Part shown: in pieces, positions 31,798-44,664 of the stretch
Layout: each line of letters starts with the position of its first letter
Position numbering within the stretch: the first letter of the stretch is position 1
Assembly (NCBI RefSeq): GCF_009914755.1
Contig: NC_060935.1
DNA from: the human T2T-CHM13v2.0 reference genome, Homo sapiens
Strand: one strand, 5' to 3'
DNA length: 64,000 nucleotides
Made by a program: the position numbers and the translations under genes
Notes under the pieces: generated by a model
Told to the model about the DNA's origin: nothing
Databases searched by the model: none
What the model saw: the letters and a program-made list of their open reading frames with translations, nothing else

Positions 31798-32390
31798 GGT
31801 CTGGGGAACGCCCCCTCCTCTTCAGCACTATCCGGCAGCTGTGGGCGAGGGAGAAAGCGGACGCCGGGGTGAGCGCGAAGTGCGGCCGGGAGCGGTATTT
31901 AAGAGGAGCCTCTGCCCGCCCTTCCACCCGCCTCCGGGGTAAGCCCTTTAGCGCCTCAACGGGCGCAGGAGGCTCCTGCGGGCGCTAATCCGCGTCCCGG
32001 CTCTCCACGGCGCGCGACCCGCGCTCCCCTCCGCCCGCGGGGATGGCGCTTGGCGGGGAGCTCCGGGGGCTCCGAGGGTGGCTTCCCCGAGAGAGCGATG
32101 CGCCCAGGGCTGCAGGAGGGCGCACGCCGGCGATGCGCCCCTGCAGCCGCTGCCACCTGTGCTTTGCTGCGGGGCTCGCGGGCGCGGCGAGTGGCGGGAG
32201 CAGAGAGTGGTGGCAGAGGACGGTGAGCGTGCGTGCGCGTGTGCGGGTGTGTGCGCGCCGGGGGAGGCGGTGGAGGCCTCTGCGCTCTGGCTCGGCGCCG
32301 GCCAGGGAGGGATTGCAAGGTTTAGCCCCGCCGGAGCTGGGGATTTGCAGGCGATCCCTCTCTATTTTCGTCGAGAGCTGACATCACCCG
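31798..32390 (-). other. SLC1A2: SLC1A2 exon 1 long GC-rich 5' UTR (start approximate)
   Basis: GC-rich stretch with no minus-strand ATG between 31798 and 32381. The ~0.6 kb length is recalled from the reference mRNA; the TSS cannot be seen directly. Confidence 0.75.
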
Positions 32391-34889
32391 CGCCGCCGCC
32401 TCGGGCAACTCCTTTAACCGCCGCCCCCCGCCCCCATCTCCAGTCGCGGTCCCTCCTCTGCCATCCCTCCCCCCAGCCTCTCGCCATAAATTAGCCAAAT
32501 AAGAAAAGAGGCCCCGCCGCTCGTCCGGGAAGGCTTGGGCAGCCGGTGGCAGGAGCCCAGGATCTAAGGAGTAGCTATTGTTTCCCCTGAAGCCCGCGTG
32601 GCCCCAGGTCACCCCGTGCGGGGTGAAGCGCAGGCGACCGCGCGGAGACCCGGGATGCCCCTCCGTCTCCGCCTCCCTGGAGCAGCCCCTGGCGCTCCCT
32701 CCTCACTCCCCGGAGCACCCGCTTCAGCTCACACTCACCCCCAAACTCACAGGCAGGCACACCCACCCCATCCTCCCACGTCTGGGGGTCCCAGGTCCAG
32801 CGGAGTCGAGCGGCTGAAACACGCGGGTGGTGCAGCCTAAACGCGGCCCAGCTGCGCTCCCTCCCCCGCCGAAGCTCGAATAAATCTCTGGCCTTCAATT
32901 ATTCAGCGAGATTAATATTAATGCAGCTCCCTGGGGGCGGCGGGCGGGGTGCAGGGGAGGCCGGGATTTTTTTTTTTTTTTTTTTAGGCCGAGAGAGGTC
33001 GGCCTCGTGGGTGCCGGCTGAGAAGGCGCGGAGAGTTGGCCGAGGGGTGAGTGGCGGGGGACGGTTCTCCACCCACTCGGCGCTGCTCGCCGCCTGCTTC
33101 CGTGTCCCGGGGGCGGCGCACAGAGACAGATGGGCTTGTGCAAGGGAGAGTTCGAGCCTTCCGGACGCCTTTGCATAAAAATGACGAGACCTGTGCAGCT
33201 TTGATTATCTCTGGAATACTGCAGGAACCTAGGGTCCCACTACTTGCCGACCCTGTGAGCGCAGAGCAGGCAAAGCCTCACTTTCCTCGTCTAGGCAATG
33301 GAACCCAAAAGAACTCACTTGGAGGGCCACAGGAGAATTAAACAGACTCTCTTTTTCCCCGGGGTAGACGATCTTCGGATTTGCGCTGTGCTGGACCTTG
33401 TTAGACGATGGAACGCGACCGGCCACGTGCAAACTCTCTGAGTAGGTCCCGGGGATGGTGCCAGAGGAGCCGGAGTCCCAGCAGGACCGATTGGTAGTTA
33501 AATGCCAGGCGCTGATATCCGAAGGCTTGAGTTCTTCACCACCTTCTAGCTGAGTAACCTGGGGCAAATTCCTCCATCTCTCTCTTCATCCCACCTGTAA
33601 AATGGGACTATCTTCTCCCACTTCTCTGTGCTAAGAGAACTAAATGAAATGGAGAGGATATGTAAAACTCCTAAAGTGGCGTCTGGCACCCAGTAAACCC
33701 TCCAAAAATATTCAGTGCATTTTCAGAGTCCTTAGAAGATAGTTTATTGGACAAAATATCCAAGTATGAACAGACAGATGAGAAAAATAACAAGAAAAAG
33801 AGGGGAAAACACATTAATAAAATTTAAAAAATAAATCTCTGCTTACCTCCTTCCTTTACTCTCCTTTCCAAAATCTGAATCCAAACGTCATCCTCCATCC
33901 ATGCCTTTCTCCATCTCTCCCCTCCCCCCTTCTCTCTCAATCCTGTCTGCACCATTAGAATAATCATGTCTGTACCTTATTCATCCTAGGTTCCTTCAGA
34001 ACCACTCTAACTTTGCATTTTCTTTATTTAAAAAAAAATGCCATAAGCATCTCTTCGTCTTAGGGCATTTGACTTTGGGTACTCTTCTCTTCCGAAAAAT
34101 TAGTTATTGTTTAACCTGGTAAATGTGTTTAAAAATAATTTGTAGATGAAGAGCTATCTTCTTTCACTTTGGTATTATGTTTGACACTCTCCTCTTAAGC
34201 CCCGTCAAGGGTAAGTGTGTGTCTTTGTATCTGAAGTTGTCACATATACAAACTTTACAGTCTAATTGTCTAACTTTACAAGTTAGGGTTTTCTATTTCC
34301 CTTTCTGCTGAGGTGGCAACTGGAAAAGAAGCCATCACAATCTGTCCCAGACCTAGATATTAATAATCGCAGGAGCACTAGTCTGCTATTAGCACCCCCC
34401 TTAACATGAGCATGAATGAACTACTCCATCACAATCCCTCAATCTCTGCACACAGGCTTCAGGGGCTGAGCTGTGCCATTCATTCACGCTCACTGCCAAG
34501 AGCAAGGTACCTGGTGGTACATAAATACAAGGTAAAAGGAAACAGAAAAAGGGATGGAGTTGTTTTCACTCTTTTAAACATTCAATTTAAAAACTCTTCA
34601 TTATGTTTTCAATGCTCAGGACATGAGAGAATCCAGGTGAATCATCCAGCATGGCCGAATTAGATGGAGTCATCATTCCAGTTTCCCACTTTCTCTGTAA
34701 GCCCTGACATCCCGTTCTACACGTGAGAAACATTTGCATTCAGCTGCCCTGGAAGACCAGGTCTATTAAGTCACATGGACTATGCCACAGATAATTCTGG
34801 CTAACAAACATTAGCTAGAAGAAACTGGTTCTCTTTCTTTGTGCCAGAGGGCTTTTGCCAATATTCACACCAATTATTTTTTAACAAAC

Positions 34890-35095
34890 TGGAGCAGTTA
34901 TTTTCAACACTGGGTGCCCATTAAAATGGTCTGAGAGAGCCTTTTAGAAAATAGTAATACTCAGGCCACCTTTCAGAGATTTCTGGTCCATGCATCTTTG
35001 GGGTTAGGCGGGGGCTGACTTGGGCATTTTTAAAGGACTTCCCCAGGTGATTGAGTCCACTGCGCAGCCAGAGTTGGGAAGTGCTGGACTAGAAG
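34890..35095. mobile_element. MER5-like hAT MITE
   Basis: cagttattttcaacactggg…gcatttttaaa…ttccccaggtgatt…gcagccagagttgggaa pattern. Confidence 0.6.
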
Positions 35096-38000
35096 TGGTT
35101 CAACAACATAGAGAAGGGTCTGGAAACAGGGCCCCAAGAAGTAGTTGGAGCATGGTACATTTAGCCTTCAGAAAGAAATTGCTAGAATACAGGGCTGATC
35201 CTCTTGCCTTTAAATACAGGGAATAAAAAACTTTCCAGGCAAACAAACACTTGTATGTTATTCTAGGTAACCAATGTGAGCAGCTACAAAAACATAGAGT
35301 TTTCTTCTTATGTTGTGCACTCACAGAGCATTAGGGGTTAGCTACTGTACAACCACGTGACCATGCCGAATAAAAACTCAGCTCTGGGTCAGACAATCCT
35401 GCCTTAAATACTATCCCCGCCAAGTATTAGACTCTGTGTTACCTTATTCTGGGCACAGGATCTTAGCTTCCTCATCCCCAAACTGGAGAAGATAATAATG
35501 ATCATCATCAGGGTTGTTGTGATGATTAAATAGAATATGTGGGAAATGCTTACATCTTTTTCATGCTCAATAGAGAACCATCCTAGACACATGGGAACAG
35601 CAGCATTCACCCAGTGTAATTTACAGCTGAGCTGTCTTGAGAACCTAGCCTCCCTACCTACCGTGTGACCCCAGGGTCTCCTTTTAATCTGCACGGCAAA
35701 CTACAAGTCTCTTAGCCGGCAATAAGTTGACAGAACCTTGGAAGAAGAACAGAACAAGGCCGACCCCACAAGCTGCATGAACACTTTGGAATTTGCTGGC
35801 ATCTCTCAGTCTCCTCTAGGGACCCCATAGTCATGGCAAAAGCAGAAGACTGACATTTACATATAGATTTACCTTTCTTAAGTCTAGCTGATGGGTTCTC
35901 AAACTTCAATGTCAATAAGAACTACTCTGCAGGACTGGATACAAGAAAATCAACTGTACCATATTCTGATAGGTGATGTAAGGGATTTTTTAAAATGAAT
36001 TTTGATTATAAGGGTTTTTTTCTTTTTTGCCTTATTGATTCTTGACTGAAAACTTAACCCAAGTTCCCAGAAGTGAGTTACTATAGTTGAGTTAAGGTAG
36101 TGTGTGAGCTAGAACTTTGTGGTAGTTATATGAGCTTAGCATTTCCTTAGTAATTCCTATATGCATAATGTACTGCACCTTATATATTGTACTTTGATTC
36201 TTAAGATGACCTTCTGCAGAAAATATTATTAAACCACCATTTTACAGAGGAGAAAACTGAGACCAAGAGGAATTAAGGAATTTGCCCAAGGTTATACAGT
36301 CAGTGGTTGTATTTGTCGGAGTCCCAGCTTAAAAAAAAAAAAAGATGGCATATTTAAATTAAGTAAATTGTGATAAGTTTAATAAAGGAGTCATTTAGAA
36401 GGGTGTGGGAGGGGGTAGGAAAACTCTAAGGGATAGGGCAGACTCCCTGGGCTACTAACAGTAGGGAACAATTGCCCATCCTAAGCCAAAAGGAGAGTAC
36501 CAGGACCCAGAGAAGAGTTCTGCATGCAGAAGGCCACTTGACAGAAGCTGAGACTGTGGCCATAGCAGTCTGCTGGAAGGGGGTCTGGGAATAAATACCC
36601 CAATGCACACTTTCCTCCAGTCCTTCTTTTCCTTCCAGGGCTCTATACTGGCCAAAGCCAGATGGAAGCTGGAGGGCAGGAGAGTCCACTGAAACAATTC
36701 ACATGCAGTCCTTGCAGTCCAACCTCCCTGAGAAACAGAGGATGGAGAAGGGTGAAGAATGGCTGTACAGGGCTAATGGATGAAGCCAGGGTTTGAGTTT
36801 AAGCAGTCTTCCTGCAGAATCTCGCTTTTTAACCTCTCTGCTATGCAACTTGGAGTGAAGATGTTATACTTGTTGGAACAGGTAGCCCCCATAACATGTG
36901 GGACCTCTCTACTGTGGGGTTTTCCAGCAGATAAATAGACTTGGTCAGACTATTTACTAGAAATCAGAAGAAGGTATATTTATACTATGGGAGAAGTCAC
37001 AATATGGCCTCAAATTTTTCAGTCCTAAATGCTACAATTCTCAACATTCTTTGGCAATTATTGTAGGAGCTTAGTTGGACCAAAGAAGAGAAAAAGATTC
37101 CCTTATATTGGGCTCTTGTAAGGGATTCATCCCCTGTCTTGGCTCTCCTGCAGAATGCTTCAGATTGGTCATTGCAGCTCCACATAAGGGAGGTTGGGTG
37201 GGAGGGAACTCCTAATATAGAAAAGAAAAAAAAAAGTCCTACATTGCTTTCCCATGAAAGGCTGCTGAATAAACCATTCCCCCTCATGATGACAATAAAG
37301 GAGAAATGTTTCAATGTTCAAAGTTTATCAGAAGAAAGTAACCTAGAGAGAGAAATAACAGCCAAGTGACCCAAGGGTTAGCCACTCAAAAGTCGCTGTC
37401 ATTTAGTAATGTCCCAGAAATATGAATTTGACTTTTCCCCCCAAGTGCAATTACTGTTTCATCTGCTTTGCTTTTTAAGATTATTGATGCTTTCCAAAAC
37501 TTAGTAATGAGAAAACTATCCACCATCAGCTCGTTAGGTGGGGCATTCATATTTGTGGTTCTTTGCAAAGTCAGAACCACTCTGGGAACAGATTTGTCCT
37601 TACAGACTTTCCACACAGCTGTTCTTGGTAAAGTAAATCTAGGCTTTGGAGTTGAGCAGGCCTGTATTCAAATCCCAGTTTCTCCGCAAGTGACATTGAG
37701 TGGGTCACCTGATCTCTTTGAGCCTAAACTCCCTCCTCTGCAAAATGGAAATAATTCTTGTAGCTTCAAAAATTATATATATAAAGCAGATATCACAGGT
37801 CCTGGCATGTAGTGTGAATACACTGTGTGAATACAATGTCCTCTGCCTCCCTAAATAACCAAGGAATTATAAGCTGTGTGTCTGGATCTGTCTTTAACAC
37901 TTTGACCCAATCATTAACTATAAGACTAGATACCTTAATGTTTTTTTTAATTAAGTAAAACAGAGGACACAGTAAGGGCTCCTTCATATGACAACTAATA

Positions 38001-40547
38001 CGAGTTTGCTAGTTTTCAAAAATATGAGCTATTTTAGGATGAATGAAAAACATGAATGAAAATTATTATATAGTGTTCCAATTTCAGAGGAAAGATACTA
38101 TTCTCTGACAGTGTTGGTTCTGAAGCCAAGAGCATGAAAGAGAGAAACGGGAGAATCCTGAAACTAAATTGGAAATGAAAAGATTTCAGAAAGATAAGTG
38201 GGCTTACAGCAATAAGTAGCAGGAGGAGAATGTTCACAGTGGCACCACCAGGACTTTGAACTAAGAATGCTAATGTGGCCACAAAAGTTATAACAGTCTT
38301 CCGAATTAGACCGACCTGGGAACCATCCATCTTGACCATGTTTGGAGCAGTGAGATTCAAATTGAGTTCATCATTCTTTCTTTCCATTTTGAGTGACCTT
38401 GAGTAAGTTACTTAACCCTCTGAGCATCAGTGGGTATAGTAGTGACCCCATCCACTGGGCTCATATGAGAACTGAATGAGGCTATGTCACATAAAGCACT
38501 TAGCACAGTTCCTGGCACACTGAGCTGTTATCATCTTTATGATGTCAGCTTCCTAGCTGCTGGCACTCTCATCACCCAAAAGATCAGTGGTAATGCTTTG
38601 GTTTCAACAACACAGTACAGCTACAGATGAGCCAGCCTGTAGCCCTGTCAGTCTGGTGGTGGTCACTGAATAGAGACTCAAGGGAATCATCCATCTTAAG
38701 GGTGTTTGGAGCTGTAAGATACAAGCTGAGTTCATTCACTCTTCTTGTTAACACACATTAGCAAAAGAGAAGTCAGGGAGTTCTATTTTTACCTCACTCT
38801 CTTAGCTGATGAGAAAAAAGATATTACTTCACAGAAATCTCAATTCAGACTGAGAGCTTGGTCTAAATATAATCCATTCTGCAGGCAGAAATCGTCTCAT
38901 TAGGTAGAGGGCTCGGGAAGGCTGAAACAGTGGATAGCCATGCTTACTGCCTGATGAATTCTAACGGAAAGAGTGTGAATTCATCCCGTTTGTTTAGTAT
39001 AGATGAAGAAAGGAGACAATGGAAAAAGATGAATTGTGAGTTCTCAGTATATCATTCCCTCCGTCAGCATTTCTTCTACAAGATGACTTGAGGCTAAATG
39101 TCAGGGGTAGTGCAAATTCTTTATGCCCACCATAAAAACCATAACATTTTGAATTAGAGCAACTGTCTCTTTTTTTAGCTGCTTGATCCTGTATGAAGTG
39201 GAAATACTCTTTGAGAGTGATTACTGCTATTTTAATTTCTACCCCTAGTTTCTCTTAACCTTGGCAATGATTGCCAGTAATGCCTCCATCTTCCCCTTCC
39301 CTTTGTTCTGCTGGGACATTACAATATTCAGTAGTGACAGCCTCATGAGGAGCAAAAGAATGGAGAGATTTTTTGTATCTTTGGGGGGATTTCTTTGCTG
39401 AACAGCAGCTCACTGTGATTAAATGCTAAGTGATTTGGATAAAGGACTGAATCAAGGACCCAAGCCAGAATCTGATGACCTCAGAAAATCCAGCAATGTT
39501 ATTCTTGTTCTATTTTCTCTGTTCGCTTCTTTATGAAATTCCTTGGTCATTCTGAAAAAGGCTGTGTATCACATCCCAAAAGTATTTTTCTTATAAAGTG
39601 ATTTTCCTTAATAAGAGAAAGAGAGAGATAGCAACCAGGTAATTTAGTTTTAAATTGAGATTACAGATTCAGAGTTGTTGGTTTTTTTTAATCAAAGACT
39701 AAACGACTAAATTATGCCTTTGCATAACTGCAGTGAATTGGAAGTTATCCCAGTTCACTCTGAGGTTTCATTTTATTAGCACCTGGACACAGCTTCATTT
39801 GTAACACCCTGTTCCCCTTTCAATGGAAAATAAACAACTTTTCCTGAATTGCACATATTTAAGCACTAAGAAAGATCATTCTTTCCTTCTCTCTTGTGTG
39901 GAATTACTTTTTCCTAGAAACCATAAGTTCAGGAACATAACAGTGGTTCGTTTTTCTCCAAGAATTCAGTCTTGAATGTATTCCTCACCTGAGAAAGCTA
40001 TTCTCTAATTTTATCTACTGACTTTTTTTTCTTTGTTGACAAAGCTCTCCATCAAACCTCTTCCAAGCCTCTGGATAAACACTCAGTGAATTGGAATACA
40101 AACGTGAAGTGAGCCCTAAAAAACTCAGCCATTGAGACAGTCTTCTTAAAATGCTGGGCCTCAACAGCACATCCGGGCAGAGCTCTGCCAGGGAAAGCAA
40201 GTCCTGCTGCCAAGAAAAGCAAGGAGAGACCACAAATTGCTACCAAGCTACTCCAAAATGTTCTTTCCAATAGCCCTGAAAAGATAAACTTCCCCAAGCC
40301 CTAGGGATCCAAAGTATTTCACTCAAAATTTTCATAGCATACTAAAGAAGGAGAAAAAATAAGGCAGGAGTAAAGATATGTGTCTTACTCCTTTGGCTCA
40401 TCCATTAGCTGTCAGCTTTCTTCTTTTAACTCATCTGATATCATTTAAGATAATTCTCTGTTAGAACAACATGCAGTTGTGTCAATGCAATGAGACTCAA
40501 GGTCTTCATTCATGTCCAGGTTAGGACAACATAAAAACCCAAATTCA

Positions 40548-40634
40548 GGCCAGGCATGGTGGCTCACGCCTGTAATCCTAGCACTTTGGGAGGCCAAGGC
40601 AGGCAGATTGCCTGAGTTCGGGAGTTTGAGACCA
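40548..40634 (+). mobile_element. Alu 5' fragment (~87 bp)
   Basis: ggccaggcatggtggctcacgcc…gagacca, ending abruptly. Confidence 0.85.
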
Positions 40635-42785
40635 AATAGGTAATTATTCAACCCTCACTCCCAGCCCCTTTTGGAGTCCCCGGTGTTTATTATTTCATAC
40701 TATCATAAAGTCAAAAAGTCATAAGTCAAGCCATTGTAATTGTAATATACATATATATTATATATACGTATATATTATATATATAGTCAATGCCTTCCAG
40801 CCAAAGACCACTAGAAACATACCTGTAATTGAACAAGTGGGATTTTTTTGCTCCTTGCAATGAGGTAGGATGCACATCATGGTGAACCAAGGGGTGCCTC
40901 ATCAAGAGTGTGTTAGAAAGGACTTACAGGATTTGAGTTTCTGTTAAGTGATCTTAGGTTTCAAAGTGGGGCTTTGTTCTGGATTGGATGCTGTCAGGAA
41001 GTGGGAGTAATTCTATAATTGGCCATGTAATAAATCTTATCTAAAAGGAAAAAAGACTATAAAGAGCCTACCGCTGTAATTGATGAAGAAGCAGCAGTCA
41101 CTCATATTAACGAGGAGAAGGGGATATTTGGCACCTTTGTAGTTTGCATAGTCACCTTGCTTTTGTCTGTTATTACAGAAGATATGAAGTGGTCTTGTTT
41201 GGGTCTTGATCCATCAAAGTCACAGAATAATTCTGACAGATATTGGCATTCTGTGAAAGTATTTATCTTCAACAAGAGAGCATCGCAGTCTCATTGGGAG
41301 TGCCAGATCAACTCCTGGGCACCAAAGCCCAGCTGGTATAATGTCAGATGTCAGGGGCTACATGGATACCTAAAAAAACAAGCAATCATCACGAAAGAAA
41401 TCAGAACCAAAGTACTCTGGATGAAACAGGAGCCTTCTCTGGCACTCCCTGAAGGTGTCCTCAGTTGACAGCCACTTTTCCAGCATTAGTATTCCATAAT
41501 TTGTGACTGCTTTGTTCTGTGTCAACTTAGGGAAACTGAAACTAGGTTGCAGAATTCCCTTCCCTGTATGGTTCCAGGTTAGAGTGAACACAAGAGAAAT
41601 TGACATGAGATTTGGAAAGGAGAGGGAAGCAATGCCTACTTTCATGCTTTGAGATTTGTTTGAGCACGTCAGACACTGTGGCAGCTCACACGTAATGTCA
41701 CTATCTGTCAGCTCATCTTGTTGGGGTGAGAAAGCACCCAGGCCCACAGCTCCTCCAATGCCTGCTGGAAATCCTCCTCTGGCTTCCCTGAGTTCGGACT
41801 GGGTGAGTGTGCAGCTATGAGCAAAGGGCACCTGATTCTACTACAAGTCACTCACATCATGGAGGCTGGAGGCAGCAAGAGACAAACACAGTTTTCCATT
41901 TGTCCTTGCTTTGCTGACTTCACATCCAGCTTTCCTTCCTGACCACTGGCCTGATTGATTTTAGGTCCAACACCAGAAACAAAGGCAACAGTCTTGCACA
42001 GACTTCTCCATCAGTGGCCACAATTTTGTGTGTTTATCGTAATCCCTTATTCCATAGGACTGTTAAAAGTTCTGATTCTCTGAAAAGCCCCTGACTTATA
42101 TATGCTCAAGATTTCTAGCTTTGGAGTTCTATGCTGGGAGGCAAGGGCTATGTTACAAAAAGAGATGGACAACATTCCGATAGCAGCCAGATATGGCCAA
42201 GGGACAAGCTTGTGTGTGATCCTCTTTGCCTGCCTCAAAGTCTTAGGTGAGTGTGATCGAGTGTTCATAGCCCACAAGAGCAGTGCTAAGGTAGGAAGAT
42301 CCAGGGGTGGTGGCAAATGGCCACGGAGCTATTAACCAAGCAGCCTGGGATGTCATTACCAAAATTTCAGGCCAGATTCAGCTTCTGAAGGGGCCAGAGT
42401 CATAGCTAAGATGATGTACATGTGAACCAAATCTGAGTAGGAAGGCAAGAAGAGAAAATAACACAAGTAGTAAAGAGAGCGTTAAAAAGAAGTAGAGAAC
42501 ATGATATTCCAGGCAGAGGGTCAGGACACAGTCAGGAGATGGAGGCTGTGGGCACGTATGTGTGGAGTGCCTACCGAGGCAGTTGTGGAGCTGTGCCTAG
42601 CTGAAGAGCCCTGACCCTGCCAGGTATACCATGTATTATGTTCGTTGCCTTACACAACATCTCACTTAATTGTCACAGCTACCACAGTAAAATCTCAAGA
42701 TTTTATTATGCCAATTTACCAGATAATGAAGCTGAGGTAGAGAAGCTTAGTACTTGCCCAAAATCACTTTAGAAAAGAAGTTAAA

Positions 42786-43066
42786 CCATCATTCTCTGTA
42801 AACTATCGCAAGAACAAAAAACCAAACACCGCATATTCTCACTCATAGGTGGGAATTGAACAATGAGATCACATGGACACAGGAAGGGGAACATCACACT
42901 CTGGGGACTGTTGTGGGGTGGGGGGAGGGGGGAGGGATAGCATTGGGAGATATACCTAATGCTAGATGACGAGTTAGTGGGTGCAGCACACCAGCATGGC
43001 ACATGTATACATATGTAACTAACCTGCACAATGTGCACATGTACCCTAAAACTTAAAGTATAATAA

Positions 43067-43096
<30 letters not shown>
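42786..43096 (+). mobile_element. Short 5'-truncated L1PA2/3 insertion with (TAAA)n tail, inside a MIR
   Basis: TSD aaaagaagttaaa at 42773-42785 and 43097-43109. 3' UTR nearly identical to the element at 8 kb. Confidence 0.92.
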
Positions 43097-43097
<1 letters not shown>

Positions 43098-44664
43098 AAA
43101 GAAGTTAAAAGACAGGAATTTGAATTCAGATCTATCTCTTTGATCCAAGTTCCATTACACCTTTTAAGATCCAAGCTTTCTAGGCTTAACAAAGAAAAAC
43201 CTTTGAGTGACCTGATAAATATTTATAGAATCAAATCCTCCAGCCTCCGTCAAGGCTCCGGTTTATGACAACCTCAGGTTAAGCTGCTCACCAATTCCTG
43301 ACCCACTGACACTGTGAGAGAATAAACACTTACCATTTAAGCCACTAAGTGATGGGTAATTTGTACTCAACCATTGATAACTAATGCATCGCTCTTTGAT
43401 TAAGCCAGGAGGATGGGCATGGATGGTTGAATGAAAGGAGGAGGATGTGACTTATGGAAAGCCCCAGGAAAGGCTGACAAAAAGAGAAAGTAGAAGAAAT
43501 TCTCTTCTGGCTCAAGACCCAGACATGGTGGGGGAGACAGGTTGGGAAACAAATAAAATCCTCACCTCCTGTCTTGGGCTAAAGTCCTTAAGTTTTCTGA
43601 GATAGATTAAGGGAACAGGGGAGTTCCTGTTTGGGTCTACATAAGGCAAATGTCTCCCAGAATGCTCGGTAACAAGCCTGGGCTCTCAGCTGTCATGTGG
43701 TATGGAAAAGACCTAGAAGTTCCCCCAATCCCCCAAAGGAGGAAAAGGAGGTTGCAGAGAGTCTGGCTGGGCAGTTGCCAGAGAAGGTTGTCACTGTGGC
43801 CATGAGGCTGGGTGACCCAGACAAGGGTCAAACAGGAGTCACCACCAGATGCCAGGAGGACCAGTTCCAGCAAGAGATGAGGGGCCGAGTCTGCAGGAAG
43901 GAGTGCTGGGCTCCATGAAATAGAGAACATAGCACAAGTTAAACTAATTACAGACTCTAGCACTAAATGTCAGCAACAAAAAGACCCACCACACACACCC
44001 AAGAACCAGCAGGAACTCGGGGGTCCCCAATCTCATCCCAATGCTTGAGGAAAGGTAAGCCTCCAAAGCACCAGCCTAGTGAAGAGAAAACTGGCGAGGA
44101 GAGCAGGGGAGAAAGGATAAAAGAGTAAGTCACCCCAAAAAGAGGGTCACTGCCAAGATTACTTAAGGTGTCTGACTAGACTGAATTCATGTTCTTTCCT
44201 TCACTATCCGGTGGGAGGTGAGGGTGAGGCTTGAGAGAAAAATCACATAAGTTATAGACAACAGTGAAGCTACAGTTTCTTGGCATATCTAAACTTAGTG
44301 TGAGTAAATATGTGACTCCAATTCAGATGCTATAAAAGCATTCCATGAAGATTTATGGAGGTTCAAAGCAGGACTTTGTGTTGGATCTAGAAGACAAGAA
44401 GCAGAGGCAACCCCAAAAATCATCTAATCTCTGGTGTTTCTGTTTGTGCCTTATCGGAGGGTACCCATGTCCCTCCTCCCCTGGCCCATGACCCACCGAG
44501 CTCTGAGAGTTGGTATTAAAAAGATGGTATTGGGTTTGTCAAACACACCATTTGGGAATGATAGCCCTTGGCACTATTTTAAAGGGCTATCACCAAGCCA
44601 TCAGCCCTGATACATGTAGCTCTGAGAAACAGTGTGCAGAAATAAGAGCATAGCACATTTGTTT

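Larger units (their letters stand above)
31060..33540. promoter_or_regulatory. SLC1A2: CpG island / SLC1A2 promoter
   Basis: Dense CpG and very high GC against a CpG-depleted background. Contains GC boxes, kappaB-like GGGATGCCCC (32652-32661), CRE-like TGACATCA (32379-32386), AT palindrome ATTAATATTAAT (32911-32922) and a poly-T run (~32967-32986). Confidence 0.93.

Noticed and set aside
30847-33567. Many overlapping 60-213 aa ORFs in the CpG island
   Set aside because: Stop-poor GC-rich DNA, low-complexity Arg/Pro/Ala/Gly translations and no recognisable domain.
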